A DNA stretch of 64,000 bases from positions 86,750 to 150,749 of the forward strand of contig JAQTTB010000002.1 of the NCBI GenBank assembly GCA_028710985.1, in the 5' to 3' direction. A model generated the notes under the pieces. It worked only from the letters and a program-made list of their open reading frames with translations. It was not told where the DNA came from and made no database searches. The position numbers and the translations under genes were made by a program. Each line of letters begins with the position of its first letter. The first letter of the stretch is position 1. Shown one piece after another: positions 27,073 through 36,176 of the stretch. Source of the stretch: Patescibacteria group bacterium (GTDB lineage Bacteria > Patescibacteriota > Patescibacteriia > JAHJFT01).

Positions 27073-28374
27073 TCACGGGATGTGAGAGTAGCTTACGATC
27101 TCGTCGTCGCCGTCGGTCCCGTCATCCGGAGCAGTCCACGACTCGTGCGGCGAAAGAATATCATCGATATTTCCGATGCCCGGAAGCTCGAGATAATCGG
27201 GGAAGTGCATATCCAGCGCGCCCAGAGTCATTTCGGACCAGATCAGGTAGCGCTGCTCCATGCACCAGAAAGCGTTCAGCCACTTCCCTCGCGTCTGGCT
27301 GTCGAGCTCCATGAACCGCTTTCCGAGCAGTGCTGCCGCTTGCCGGCCGAGCTCGGTCGGCTCGATGTTGTGGCCAAGGAAGTCCGCGAATCTTCCGTAC
27401 GCCATTTCGTCCATGCAGTCATCGGCGCGAACGGCGGTTCTTGTGAACGTGCTCTCGATGATGTCATTGAGGTCGCGGGCCATGGCATCGCGCCGGCTCA
27501 CCATCGCGAGGTTTGTCTGTAAATCCGCGAACATCTTGAGATGCTCGAGCATGGTCCGCGCTCCGCCGGCCGCCTTGATCTCCTCGGCCGTACGGATAAT
27601 TGGCCGCATGTGGTCCGCGAAATTCACCCCGTAGAAACTCTTGCCGTCAAAGTCCTCGTGATCGTGGCTGAGCGTCAGGAAATGCCGGGCCGGAAAGCAC
27701 GGACCGCTGCAATCCAGCCGGTCGATCCAAATCGGAATCCAGACCGCGAGAATCGGCTTGCCGTTCTCGTAGAGATCCACGTATGGCTCGAGCACGCGCG
27801 GCCGGCCGTCCTGGCCCTTGACCTCGAACGGCTTGAGATAGTGGGTGTGCGCCGCTACGGCGTACTGGACCAGGATCTGCTCGGCGTCGTTGAGGTCAAC
27901 GCGGTTGTCCGCGAAAACCTCGTGCAGCAGAATGGCGATGGCTTCGGCGTGCCGGATGACGCGCTTGCTCTCGCTGTAGCGCGGAACCACGGCGCATCCC
28001 GCGTCGTGCAATACGCCGGCGATGAAGCCGATGAAGATGTCCCGGGGATCAGCTGCGAGATCCTTGAGCATGACCAGGCCGTTCGCGTAATCGCGCACGA
28101 TGTGGCCGATGCCGTGGCCCGGCTCAATCTGCCGTAGATCCAGTCCGGCGTCCGCGAGCGCCCACAGAATTGCCTTGACTACGTAGATGCCGCGCTCGAG
28201 CGCCAGGTCGCGGCTCTTTACCACCACGCTCCCAAAGAGAGCCGGAGAAAATTCCCGCCGCATTTCACGAATAATTTCCTCGGCCGCGATTTCATCATCC
28301 AAAAGCGCCCCTGTCCTGGAAAGATCCATCTTATCCTCCTTTACTGCCTCTTGGCAGTTAGAATAACCTACCAC
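27073..28374 (-). CDS. HD-domain protein, GC-rich relative to its neighbours
   Basis: H...HD signature (GHGIGHIVRD...GVLHDAG); the likely start is the Met at about 28329; no further assignment. Confidence 0.45.
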   Translation of the reverse strand: MVGYSNCQEAVKEDKMDLSRTGALLDDEIAAEEIIREMRREFSPALFGSVVVKSRDLALERGIYVVKAILWALADAGLDLRQIEPGHGIGHIVRDYANGLVMLKDLAADPRDIFIGFIAGVLHDAGCAVVPRYSESKRVIRHAEAIAILLHEVFADNRVDLNDAEQILVQYAVAAHTHYLKPFEVKGQDGRPRVLEPYVDLYENGKPILAVWIPIWIDRLDCSGPCFPARHFLTLSHDHEDFDGKSFYGVNFADHMRPIIRTAEEIKAAGGARTMLEHLKMFADLQTNLAMVSRRDAMARDLNDIIESTFTRTAVRADDCMDEMAYGRFADFLGHNIEPTELGRQAAALLGKRFMELDSQTRGKWLNAFWCMEQRYLIWSEMTLGALDMHFPDYLELPGIGNIDDILSPHESWTAPDDGTDGDDEIVSYSHIP

Positions 28375-28602
28375 CCTAAATTCCCGCTGTCAAGATGTTG
28401 GATTAACAAAAATCAGCCGGATGGCTGAAATCAGAAAAACTCTCCCTTGCCGCCCTTGCGGTATCCTCTACCTTCTGTCTGAGTATTGTTCTTCGTAATA
28501 CTTCTGATAATTTCCGCTCATCACATTGCGCCACCACGGCTCGTTCTCCAGATTCAAATCTACCGTACTTTTACAAAAATCCGACTTCTGTGGCGCAACC
28601 TC

Positions 28603-29019
28603 TTACCCTCGCTTGTAATACGGACTCTCTTTTTTAAATTCTTCGTAATCCTCAATATAATCGCTCCTGGATGGATTGTAATTAGTTGAACTTATTGCCA
28701 ACAAAATCGCGTCCGACGAAAAATCTTTAAAATGATGCCAAACATAATCGGGAACATAAAGACCGCTTGTCGGCGAAGTTAGGCGAATTTCTTCCAAACC
28801 CTGGCCCTTGTCAATGACCGCTGTGGCCGTGCCCTGCACCAAAATAAAAAATTCTTCTTCAACTTTGTGACAGTGCGCGCCGGTTGGAGATTGGGGCTTG
28901 GTGATAAAATAAACCCGTTTTACGTCAAAATCAATATAATCCTTGAGTTCCACCGGACTCATGACGAACTTTGGCGTATCAACTTTTTTTAATGTAAAAA
29001 TTTTAAATTCCTTTAGCAT
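28603..29019 (-). CDS. WxcM-like cupin, probable dTDP-sugar 3,4-ketoisomerase (FdtA/QdtA family)
   Basis: 138 aa cupin with the His-x-His-Lys motif (GAHCHK) and the ISSTNYNPSRSDYIEDYEEF tail typical of FdtA-like isomerases; too short for RmlC. Confidence 0.5.
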   Translation of the reverse strand: MLKEFKIFTLKKVDTPKFVMSPVELKDYIDFDVKRVYFITKPQSPTGAHCHKVEEEFFILVQGTATAVIDKGQGLEEIRLTSPTSGLYVPDYVWHHFKDFSSDAILLAISSTNYNPSRSDYIEDYEEFKKESPYYKRG

Positions 29020-29056
29020 ATCTCTTATTCAAAAAACGTACCACACGAATAGGCTT

Positions 29057-30088
29057 CTAGCTTGGTTTGATGTGCGAATTCAATTCTGTCTGTCGTTTTC
29101 TCAATTTTTCCACCCACTCCATATTTTGCCGATACCACTCTACTGTCAGGCTCAGACCTTGCTCAAATTTATCGACCGTGTACTCTGGTTTCCATTTCAG
29201 TTCACGCTGAATTTTTGTCGCGTCGACCGCGTAACGCCGATCATGGCCGGGCCGATCTTGAACGGTTACGGTTAAATCTTCCGGCTTATTCAACATCCGC
29301 AAAATCATTTTTACCACATCGACATTGTGCCGTTCATTATCTGCGCCGATATTATAAACTTCTCCCGGCACGCCTTCATGAAGCATCCAATCAATAGCTC
29401 TACAGTGGTCCATGACAAAAATCCAATCACGAACATAGAGTCCATCGCCGTATATCGGCACCGGCTCATTATTCATGGCTTTAAAAATAGCAAATGGAAT
29501 CAATTTTTCCGGAAATTGATAGGGACCGTAATTATTTGAACAATGACTAACAATTACCGGCACTTTAAAAGTTTTAAAATAAGCTCGGCACATTAAATCA
29601 CCACCGGCCTTGGCCGCAGCATATGGAACATTTGGTGTAAAGGCCGTGTCCTCAAAAAATTTTTTTCCATCACCTAAGTCAAGAGTTCCATAAACTTCGT
29701 CAGTGGAAATATTGACCATTTTTTGCAAATTGTGCCGGCGGGCCGCATCAAGTAAAGTTTGCACACCTATAACATTTGTCATGACGAAATCACGCGAGCC
29801 AATGTGAATTGAGCGATCAACGTGCGTCTCGGCAGCGAAATTTATCAGGGTATCAATACCGTGCTCGGAAATTACTTTATCAACACATTCAACATCGCAA
29901 ATGTCGCCTTGGACAAAGGTGTAATTCGAATTACTTTCGACATCACGCAGATTATCAAGATTGCCTGCATAAGTGAGCTTATCGTAATTGACCACTTTGT
30001 AGTCGGGATAATTTTCGAGGATGTGCCGAACAAAGTTCGAACCAATAAAACCGGCACCTCCAGCCACGAGAATTTTCATATTGTCCAA
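29057..30088 (-). CDS. rfbB: dTDP-glucose 4,6-dehydratase
   Basis: MKILVAGGAGFIGSNF Rossmann fold, catalytic YAAAKAG, RmlB-specific blocks; 343 aa. Confidence 0.9.
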   Translation of the reverse strand: MDNMKILVAGGAGFIGSNFVRHILENYPDYKVVNYDKLTYAGNLDNLRDVESNSNYTFVQGDICDVECVDKVISEHGIDTLINFAAETHVDRSIHIGSRDFVMTNVIGVQTLLDAARRHNLQKMVNISTDEVYGTLDLGDGKKFFEDTAFTPNVPYAAAKAGGDLMCRAYFKTFKVPVIVSHCSNNYGPYQFPEKLIPFAIFKAMNNEPVPIYGDGLYVRDWIFVMDHCRAIDWMLHEGVPGEVYNIGADNERHNVDVVKMILRMLNKPEDLTVTVQDRPGHDRRYAVDATKIQRELKWKPEYTVDKFEQGLSLTVEWYRQNMEWVEKLRKRQTELNSHIKPS

Positions 30089-30154
30089 TTATATAATAAA
30101 ACCCTGAATTTGTAAATAAAGAGGGCGACCCAAGGGAGCCGCCCGGAGATAGGG

Positions 30155-30529
30155 CTACTTCGCGACAAAAACCGCGGACTCGCTGAAGATGCGCGAGAAC
30201 ATAACCGTAGAAAAATGCCCGTCTTCCGTCACCCGTTCAATCTGGGCAAAACGGCTGTCTTTGGCCACCATGAGATCATAATGACACACCGGACAGAACA
30301 ATTTTGCCGCCTCCTGCGACTTCAAAAAACCCGCCGACATGACGACCCGGTAATCGGTTTCCTGCGGAATCAGGAGAATAAGTTCTTCCCGTTTGTTTGT
30401 ATTCTGGGCGATCAGAATAATCTTGGTGCCCGGATTTAGGACCACTTCACAGCCCGGACAGCAATACTTGTTTTTCGGCATCTGCTCCTCCTCAACGCCT
30501 TGATTAATTTCTGATTTTGATGCAGGCAT
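30155..30529 (-). CDS. Hypothetical protein with CxxC...CxxC zinc-ribbon cysteines
   Basis: CCPGCE and CPVCH; the start is uncertain (Met at 30529 or 30481) and the ORF-track N-terminal extension is probably not translated. Confidence 0.3.
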   Translation of the reverse strand: MPASKSEINQGVEEEQMPKNKYCCPGCEVVLNPGTKIILIAQNTNKREELILLIPQETDYRVVMSAGFLKSQEAAKLFCPVCHYDLMVAKDSRFAQIERVTEDGHFSTVMFSRIFSESAVFVAK

Positions 30530-30577
30530 AATATGCCCAAAAACAATCCTCGTCAAGCCAGCGGCCATAAAAAAAAC

Positions 30578-30602
30578 GCGACACTTTTGATGTCGCGCCA
30601 AG
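30578..30602 (-). terminator. Intrinsic terminator (cgcgacacttttgatgtcgcg followed by a T run on the minus strand)
   Basis: Seen directly downstream of the GC-rich gene at 30636-31556. Confidence 0.5.
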
Positions 30603-30635
30603 AATCCAATGACCAAAGGTCCGAGAACCAAGGCA

Positions 30636-31556
30636 CTACCCGAGGAGAAGGAGACCGGACGAGCAGAGGCCGTCCACACCATCCAGGTTCACCCTGGAGT
30701 CGAAGTTGAGGTCGTCGTCAGAGGCCTCGAAGTAGAGCGAGGAATCGACGAACTGCCACGACAGAGCGGCCATGTTCAAGCCAGGCGTCGTGTAATCCCG
30801 AGCTAACACATCCGGGTACAGGGCCATAATAACCGCAGTGTCGATGCCGCCGCCGAGGTGAAGCGAGCCGGGAAGAGTCGCCATCTGCTCACGATCGGCA
30901 TGGATGCTGAAACTCTGGAGCGGGTTGGGGAAGAAGAGCGCGACCCGGGGGCCAACCCTGAGCTCGGCAACGAGCCGCTCGTGGCTTGAGTGGACAATCT
31001 CCACCTTGCTGACAAGCTCGCCCTGACGATGATGCACGAACTCGCGGTCCGAGAACTCGCTCACGTAGGCCTTAGCCACGGCCGAAAGGAACCGCTTCTC
31101 CAGGAGCTCGCCGTAGTCAAAACTCTCGGGAAGCTGGGGCAGGATGACGGGAAGGTGAACTCCCTTCAAGAGATTGACGAGCGATTCGTCGGCCTTGAGC
31201 TTGGCCATGAGCGCCTCGCTCCGCGCATAGAACTCATCGGCGATCATGCCCGGGTCGCCGAAGAGCTCGAAGTAGCGACGGTGACGCTCGGCGTAGTCCA
31301 GCTTCGGCTGGATAAGATGGAATTTGCGGTTCGGGTTGCAAACCGCGGCGCTCATGTCGCGCGGTGGAATGCGCCGACCGTTCTTATCGAAGAGCTTCAG
31401 CGCCGCTTTCGCGAGCTCGGCCGTGGCGCCGTCTTCGCTCACCTTGAGCTTGAGCTCGCCGCGCAGGAGCCGAAGGGCGTTCTTCTCGCCCAGGAGCTTG
31501 ACCAGGGCGTTGAGTTGACCCGTAGTCCAGTCATGCGTCGTCCACTTGCTCTTCAT
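30636..31556 (-). CDS. Hypothetical protein, GC-rich (about 60%)
   Basis: Long ORF with coding-like composition and no recognised motif; the start is placed at MKSKWTTHDW. Confidence 0.4.
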   Translation of the reverse strand: MKSKWTTHDWTTGQLNALVKLLGEKNALRLLRGELKLKVSEDGATAELAKAALKLFDKNGRRIPPRDMSAAVCNPNRKFHLIQPKLDYAERHRRYFELFGDPGMIADEFYARSEALMAKLKADESLVNLLKGVHLPVILPQLPESFDYGELLEKRFLSAVAKAYVSEFSDREFVHHRQGELVSKVEIVHSSHERLVAELRVGPRVALFFPNPLQSFSIHADREQMATLPGSLHLGGGIDTAVIMALYPDVLARDYTTPGLNMAALSWQFVDSSLYFEASDDDLNFDSRVNLDGVDGLCSSGLLLLG

Positions 31557-31664
31557 GTCTTTCTCCTTCCAGGCTAACTTGCCCGAAATTTTTGGGTGCC
31601 CCTCACCCGGGGCCCGGGTGCCTCTCAGATGAGAGAACAATTCATTTTTACTTTATCTACAAAA

Positions 31665-31700
31665 AAAGTCAAGGAATCTAAATCCCTGACTTTATATTTT
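31665..31700. terminator. Hairpin agtcaagg...cctgact flanked by A and T runs, downstream of the HIT gene
   Basis: Seen directly. Confidence 0.45.
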
Positions 31701-31715
31701 TCCCCGATTTACTAA

Positions 31716-31753
31716 TTCACTGATTCACCGGTTCACTGATTCACCGGTTCCCT
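31716..31753. repeat. Tandem repeat of TTCACTGATTCACCGG, 2.3 copies
   Basis: Seen directly. Confidence 0.6.
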
Positions 31754-31756
31754 GCT

Positions 31757-32164
31757 CTAAAACGCGGCTTTAATCTTTTCCGCCACGATTACCGCCTCGC
31801 CTTGGGGATAGGAATTTCCCGGCCAGAGCTTGATTCCATCGTCCGGATAACGCGGCACGATGTGCCAGTGGAGATGCGACACTACCTGACCGGCGGTCCG
31901 GCCGTTGTTTTGCATCAGATTAAACGCGTCCGTGCCCATGCCGCGGCAAACCGCCTGTCCGATCTTCTTTAAAACCTTTCCCATATCGCACAAAACATCT
32001 TCATCCGTATCCAGGATATTTTCAAAATGTTTTTTCGGAACAACCAGCGTATGTCCCGGATTCACGGGGTTGATATCCAGAAACGCCAAAAATTTTTCAT
32101 CTTCATAAACTCTGACGCCCGGTATCTCACCGCTGATGATTTTGCAAAAAATACAATCTTGCAT
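31757..32164 (-). CDS. HIT-family hydrolase
   Basis: Histidine triad HLHWHIVP and an N-terminal CIFCKI zinc motif. Confidence 0.85.
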   Translation of the reverse strand: MQDCIFCKIISGEIPGVRVYEDEKFLAFLDINPVNPGHTLVVPKKHFENILDTDEDVLCDMGKVLKKIGQAVCRGMGTDAFNLMQNNGRTAGQVVSHLHWHIVPRYPDDGIKLWPGNSYPQGEAVIVAEKIKAAF

Positions 32165-32167
32165 AAT

Positions 32168-32371
32168 TTATTTATTATTCTTGAACAATGCATAGAACGT
32201 ACCGCTCGCCAGCACGACGGCAAGCAGCCACGTCATATTAAAATGGTAGCTGACAAATCCCCGCTTGGCAAGCTCCAGGGCCGCGAGCAGCAAAAAAGTA
32301 ATCAGGCTCGAATAAAATATGGTGCCCGAGAGCTTAGAGAGAAAAACATTTTCCTGATGAAATTCAATCAT
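32168..32371 (-). CDS. Small two-transmembrane-helix protein
   Basis: 67 aa with two hydrophobic helices, tightly packed between neighbouring genes. Confidence 0.3.
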   Translation of the reverse strand: MIEFHQENVFLSKLSGTIFYSSLITFLLLAALELAKRGFVSYHFNMTWLLAVVLASGTFYALFKNNK

Positions 32372-32372
32372 G

Positions 32373-33911
32373 CTAATCGCTAAAAATATTATTTTTCAAT
32401 TTTTCAAAATACATCCTGGCGGTGCTTGCCCAATTCTCCCAGGTGATGGGCTCGCGCTCAAGAATCAAATCGATTCCCCCAATTGCCGGCGCGGCCTGCG
32501 TTCTTGCCACCCCGGGCGCGGAGATTGAAAATTTGATGGTTCCGCCCGGCGACGGCACGCGCGACAAATCAAAAGTCTGTTCCGCAAAATACCAGTCGCC
32601 ATCGCGAACCGCATTTTTATAATTTGTCAGTACGAAATTGATGCCCTGCGCGTCCAAATCCGTATTGGCATCCAATTTGACGGGGAAAGGATTAAAAAAT
32701 AAATCCCGGTTCCAGGCGAAAAGCCCGTTGCCGGTTATTTTGATGTCCCCCTGCGGCGAATATACTCTCTTAAGCCCGGCTGAATTCCCCAGCTCCTTAT
32801 AGTACTCGCGGAAGCTCTCCGCCACCCGGAGCGTCTCATCTCCGGCGCCAAGCTCCTGCGTGCCGTCGGCATGCAGAGTCTGCGCCACGATATAGCTTGA
32901 ATTTGTCCAAAGCTCGGCCGGGAGTTCGGGTTCCGCGTATCCGACTTCGTCGCCCAGAAACGCGGTATTCACGATCACGCATTTCTGCTGGGGCGTGATA
33001 ATCTTGCGGATGAAAATATCGGACGGCGCCTTAAACTCAATTTTATAAACCCCTTCGCTAAGATTATCTTTTTTTAATTCCACGGTCCGCAGGGCCGAAC
33101 CCTGCTGCGCCGGCCGCCAGAGCTCGCCGTCCGGTATGACGAGCGAATCCGCCAGCGCGCCGTCTTTGTAAAGATTAACCACCACCGGATCCGCTCCCTC
33201 GCCGCGGTTCATGTCCTGGATCAAAAATGAAAAATCAAGTTTCTCCCCGTTCCCGATATAAGTCAGGAACTGGTGATAGCCGCGGAGATATATTTCATAC
33301 TCGCGCTCTGCGGCCCACGGCTCGTAATCCGGAATGCGGTAGCTTGTCGGCAGGCTGTAATTATAAACCGCGACCTCGTCCATGGACGGCGGATTGTCTA
33401 GAAACTCCTGAACTGATCTATATTTATCCTGGCGCTCATAAAGCCTCAGCCCGCCGGCTTCAAGGGTGATCCAGTTTATTTCCTCCAAAATCTTATTCCA
33501 GAGCGGCCGGAGGTCGTACTGCCACGCCGCCTCGGTAATCATGGGGCCGAATTCCAGAAACGGCTGGGTATCGGGCTTGAATTTTACGCCGACCGTCAGT
33601 TTATCAAACGCGGACGGCAGATGAACATGGAAATAAACCGGCTCGTCAAGAATCTGCTGGAAATTCACGCTGTCCTCGTTCATCACGCCGGTCACTCTTT
33701 GCGCCGGCACGAGAAAATCCGCGTACGGGCTCGCGTCGGAAAAATTAAAACTCCTCGCCAGCACGCCGCTCGGCACAAAATTAAGATTAAAAAGCCAGGC
33801 CACGAGCCCCAAGGGCGCGAGGATGATGATCGCCTGCAATATCCTAAGAATTGGTTTCATCGCTGAAAAGATAATCAAAAATATAAAGCGCCTCGTTATC
33901 AAAATATTCAA
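32373..33911 (-). CDS. Membrane-anchored extracytoplasmic hypothetical protein
   Basis: N-terminal transmembrane helix then about 470 aa with no catalytic motif; co-oriented with and overlapping the GT-C gene. Confidence 0.45.
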   Translation of the reverse strand: MNILITRRFIFLIIFSAMKPILRILQAIIILAPLGLVAWLFNLNFVPSGVLARSFNFSDASPYADFLVPAQRVTGVMNEDSVNFQQILDEPVYFHVHLPSAFDKLTVGVKFKPDTQPFLEFGPMITEAAWQYDLRPLWNKILEEINWITLEAGGLRLYERQDKYRSVQEFLDNPPSMDEVAVYNYSLPTSYRIPDYEPWAAEREYEIYLRGYHQFLTYIGNGEKLDFSFLIQDMNRGEGADPVVVNLYKDGALADSLVIPDGELWRPAQQGSALRTVELKKDNLSEGVYKIEFKAPSDIFIRKIITPQQKCVIVNTAFLGDEVGYAEPELPAELWTNSSYIVAQTLHADGTQELGAGDETLRVAESFREYYKELGNSAGLKRVYSPQGDIKITGNGLFAWNRDLFFNPFPVKLDANTDLDAQGINFVLTNYKNAVRDGDWYFAEQTFDLSRVPSPGGTIKFSISAPGVARTQAAPAIGGIDLILEREPITWENWASTARMYFEKLKNNIFSD

Positions 33912-35538
33912 GTTCGCGCAGGCGCAATTTCAGCGGCAGGAGCACGCGCGCGTTGATGTCGGCGAGTTCATCTTCGGAGAATGCCACGCCGTAATAATAC
34001 AACGGCACGGCAAAATACATTTTGGAAAAAATCTCGTAGCTGTCGCGGCCGCGAAAAGGATAAACGATTTTTCTTTCCGGAAAAAATATCTTGTCCGAAC
34101 GGTCGGTGACGATCAGGGCGTCATCCGGAGTAATCTGCATCACCCGCTCCGCAACCGCCTCATAGCGCCAAAGATTTTTTCGCACGTAAACCAGGCCCTC
34201 GTCCTCGCCCCACATTGCCGTCGACGCGCCCAGAACGACAAACGCAATCACAATCGCCACGAACGCGGTTGTTTTAATAACGCGGCTTTTTATCCTTCCG
34301 ATTGTCTCGCGCATGAACCAGACCGCGAGCGGAATGCCCAAAACAAAGCTCGGCAACCAATACCGGAGATACGAATTGCCGATTGTAGTTTTGAATGGAT
34401 TAATATTATCCGAAAACTCCCAACTGCCATATACCGCGATAAGACAAGTGGTCACAAGTCCAAAAATAATAATATATTGCCAAAAACCGCGATATAATTT
34501 TCGTCTGAAGCCGCGCACCACTGCAAGCGCTATACCGGCAAGACAGAAAGCCGAATAAGCCCAGGTGAATAACAGCATATAATCCACAAAATTATTCAGA
34601 ATATTCCGCGGCTCGAAACCGAACGGAAGAATCATGGATTTTAAAGCCGTAAATGCAACACCTTCCGAAGTTGTCTCCCTGACCGCCGCGTCAACGGCGC
34701 TTACGGACGCCTGAATGGCTGCAGCGTTATATCCGGTTCGCAACGCTCCGCCGTAAAGATAGTTATTAAGAATAAGCGTCGGACTGAATATCAAAAATGC
34801 AGCCGCGGCAAACGCCGCAACTCTGACCCATTTAATTTTTTTATAATTCATCACGATGAGCGCCGCACCGGCAAGCCATATCCAGGGCGCTTCGGCCGGC
34901 CGCACAAAGAGCGCGAGCCCCAGAAATAATCCCGCGCTAATCCAGTCAAGATTACCAATAATCAATCCGCCCGCGTCCAATCCCGCTCTGCGCCGGCGCT
35001 CGGCAAAAGGCAGAATAATTATAAAATAAACCGAAATAATCAAAAGGCTCAAAAAAAGCACGTTCGGCAACAATCCACGGCTCGTGTAATACCACCACGC
35101 CGGATGCACCAAGAGCAAAAGCCAGGCCAAGAGCCCATACCGTTCGCCTAGATATTTTTTTACCATCGCGAAAAATGCCCAACTCGCAATTACCGCAAAG
35201 AGCGGCGTCAGATAAACCGTCAGCGCCGGCGTAATCAGCTTTGCCGCGATTCCGTAAATAAAAATCATTCCCAGAAAACCCCCGGGAACCAAAAAATCAT
35301 TAATCACCTGAATACTCCGAGGATGAACAATGCCGTCCAATAAAAAATTCGTTGGTTCAAATGTCCAGATGCGGCTCTGCTCGCTGAACAGATTTATAAA
35401 AAAATAATTCGCCGTTTCATCCGGTGAATTAAATCTCAATGGCGCGAAAAAATTAAGATATGAATACAATATAAAAAATGCCAATCCCCCCATCCCGAGG
35501 ATTAGCACAATATGATGTGTTTTCATCCAATTCCACAT
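33844..35538 (-). CDS. GT-C fold glycosyltransferase (ArnT/PMT-like, GT39/GT83 type)
   Basis: First-loop DE motif (NSPDETANYF) and at least 11 transmembrane helices. Confidence 0.65.
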   Translation of the reverse strand: MWNWMKTHHIVLILGMGGLAFFILYSYLNFFAPLRFNSPDETANYFFINLFSEQSRIWTFEPTNFLLDGIVHPRSIQVINDFLVPGGFLGMIFIYGIAAKLITPALTVYLTPLFAVIASWAFFAMVKKYLGERYGLLAWLLLLVHPAWWYYTSRGLLPNVLFLSLLIISVYFIIILPFAERRRRAGLDAGGLIIGNLDWISAGLFLGLALFVRPAEAPWIWLAGAALIVMNYKKIKWVRVAAFAAAAFLIFSPTLILNNYLYGGALRTGYNAAAIQASVSAVDAAVRETTSEGVAFTALKSMILPFGFEPRNILNNFVDYMLLFTWAYSAFCLAGIALAVVRGFRRKLYRGFWQYIIIFGLVTTCLIAVYGSWEFSDNINPFKTTIGNSYLRYWLPSFVLGIPLAVWFMRETIGRIKSRVIKTTAFVAIVIAFVVLGASTAMWGEDEGLVYVRKNLWRYEAVAERVMQITPDDALIVTDRSDKIFFPERKIVYPFRGRDSYEIFSKMYFAVPLYYYGVAFSEDELADINARVLLPLKLRLRELEYFDNEALYIFDYLFSDETNS

Positions 35539-35588
35539 ATAAATATGCGGTAATTATAGATAAAATTGTTCTTTTTGTAAATAAGGTA

Positions 35589-36176
35589 CTACATATGCAA
35601 ATCCTTTTTATTATTTCTGTCGATTTCCCAATTTTTTGGGTTATTAATAATATATTCGGAAATGCCATGCAATGATTCTTCGCCCATGATAATACAATCG
35701 TAATATCGGGGCTGCCAGACGAAATTATTGCCAACGCACAATCGATGTATTTGTTTTGTCGTTGCCAATTTATAGGAACCGACTATAACCGGCAATGAAC
35801 CCGATTTTAACGGTCCCGGTAGAGACGCGGCATGCCGCGTCTCTACGTTCGCATGCCGCGTCTCTACCGGACACGTATTTTGCGTCTCTGCGCCACCGTC
35901 AACGCCACGAAAAATTATTCCATGAACATGATTCGGCATAATTATGAATTCGCCTAATTCAACAAACGGAAAATGCCGCGGAATAGCCAGCCAACAATCT
36001 CGTGCAATCTTACCCAGATCATTTAAAACCATCCGGCCTTTCTTAATGTCCCCAAAACAAATCTTTCGATCCTTTGTGCATATCGTAACAAAATAATACC
36101 CGGCGGATGAATAATCCCAGCCGGGCAATCTTGCAGACGGTATTCGATATTTATTTTGAAATAATATATCCGACAT
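35589..36176 (-). CDS. REP-associated tyrosine transposase (RAYT, IS200-like Y1 HUH transposase)
   Basis: HuH motif HVHGIIF, an N-terminal YYFVTICTKDRK block and the C-terminal catalytic-Tyr block VWQPRYYDCII. Confidence 0.8.
   Translation of the reverse strand: MSDILFQNKYRIPSARLPGWDYSSAGYYFVTICTKDRKICFGDIKKGRMVLNDLGKIARDCWLAIPRHFPFVELGEFIIMPNHVHGIIFRGVDGGAETQNTCPVETRHANVETRHAASLPGPLKSGSLPVIVGSYKLATTKQIHRLCVGNNFVWQPRYYDCIIMGEESLHGISEYIINNPKNWEIDRNNKKDLHM
35822..35876. repeat. GTAG-initiated perfect 28-bp palindrome (GTAGAGACGCGGCATGCCGCGTCTCTAC) plus a partial second copy, embedded in-frame within the RAYT ORF
   Basis: Seen directly; it is translated as the tandem peptide VETRHA-N-VETRHAA. 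Confidence 0.6.

Noticed and set aside
27000-31700. A prophage or integrative element explaining the GC mosaic of the sugar locus
   Set aside because: There is no integrase, no phage structural genes and no attachment-site direct repeats. The mosaic is better explained by piecemeal gene replacement.
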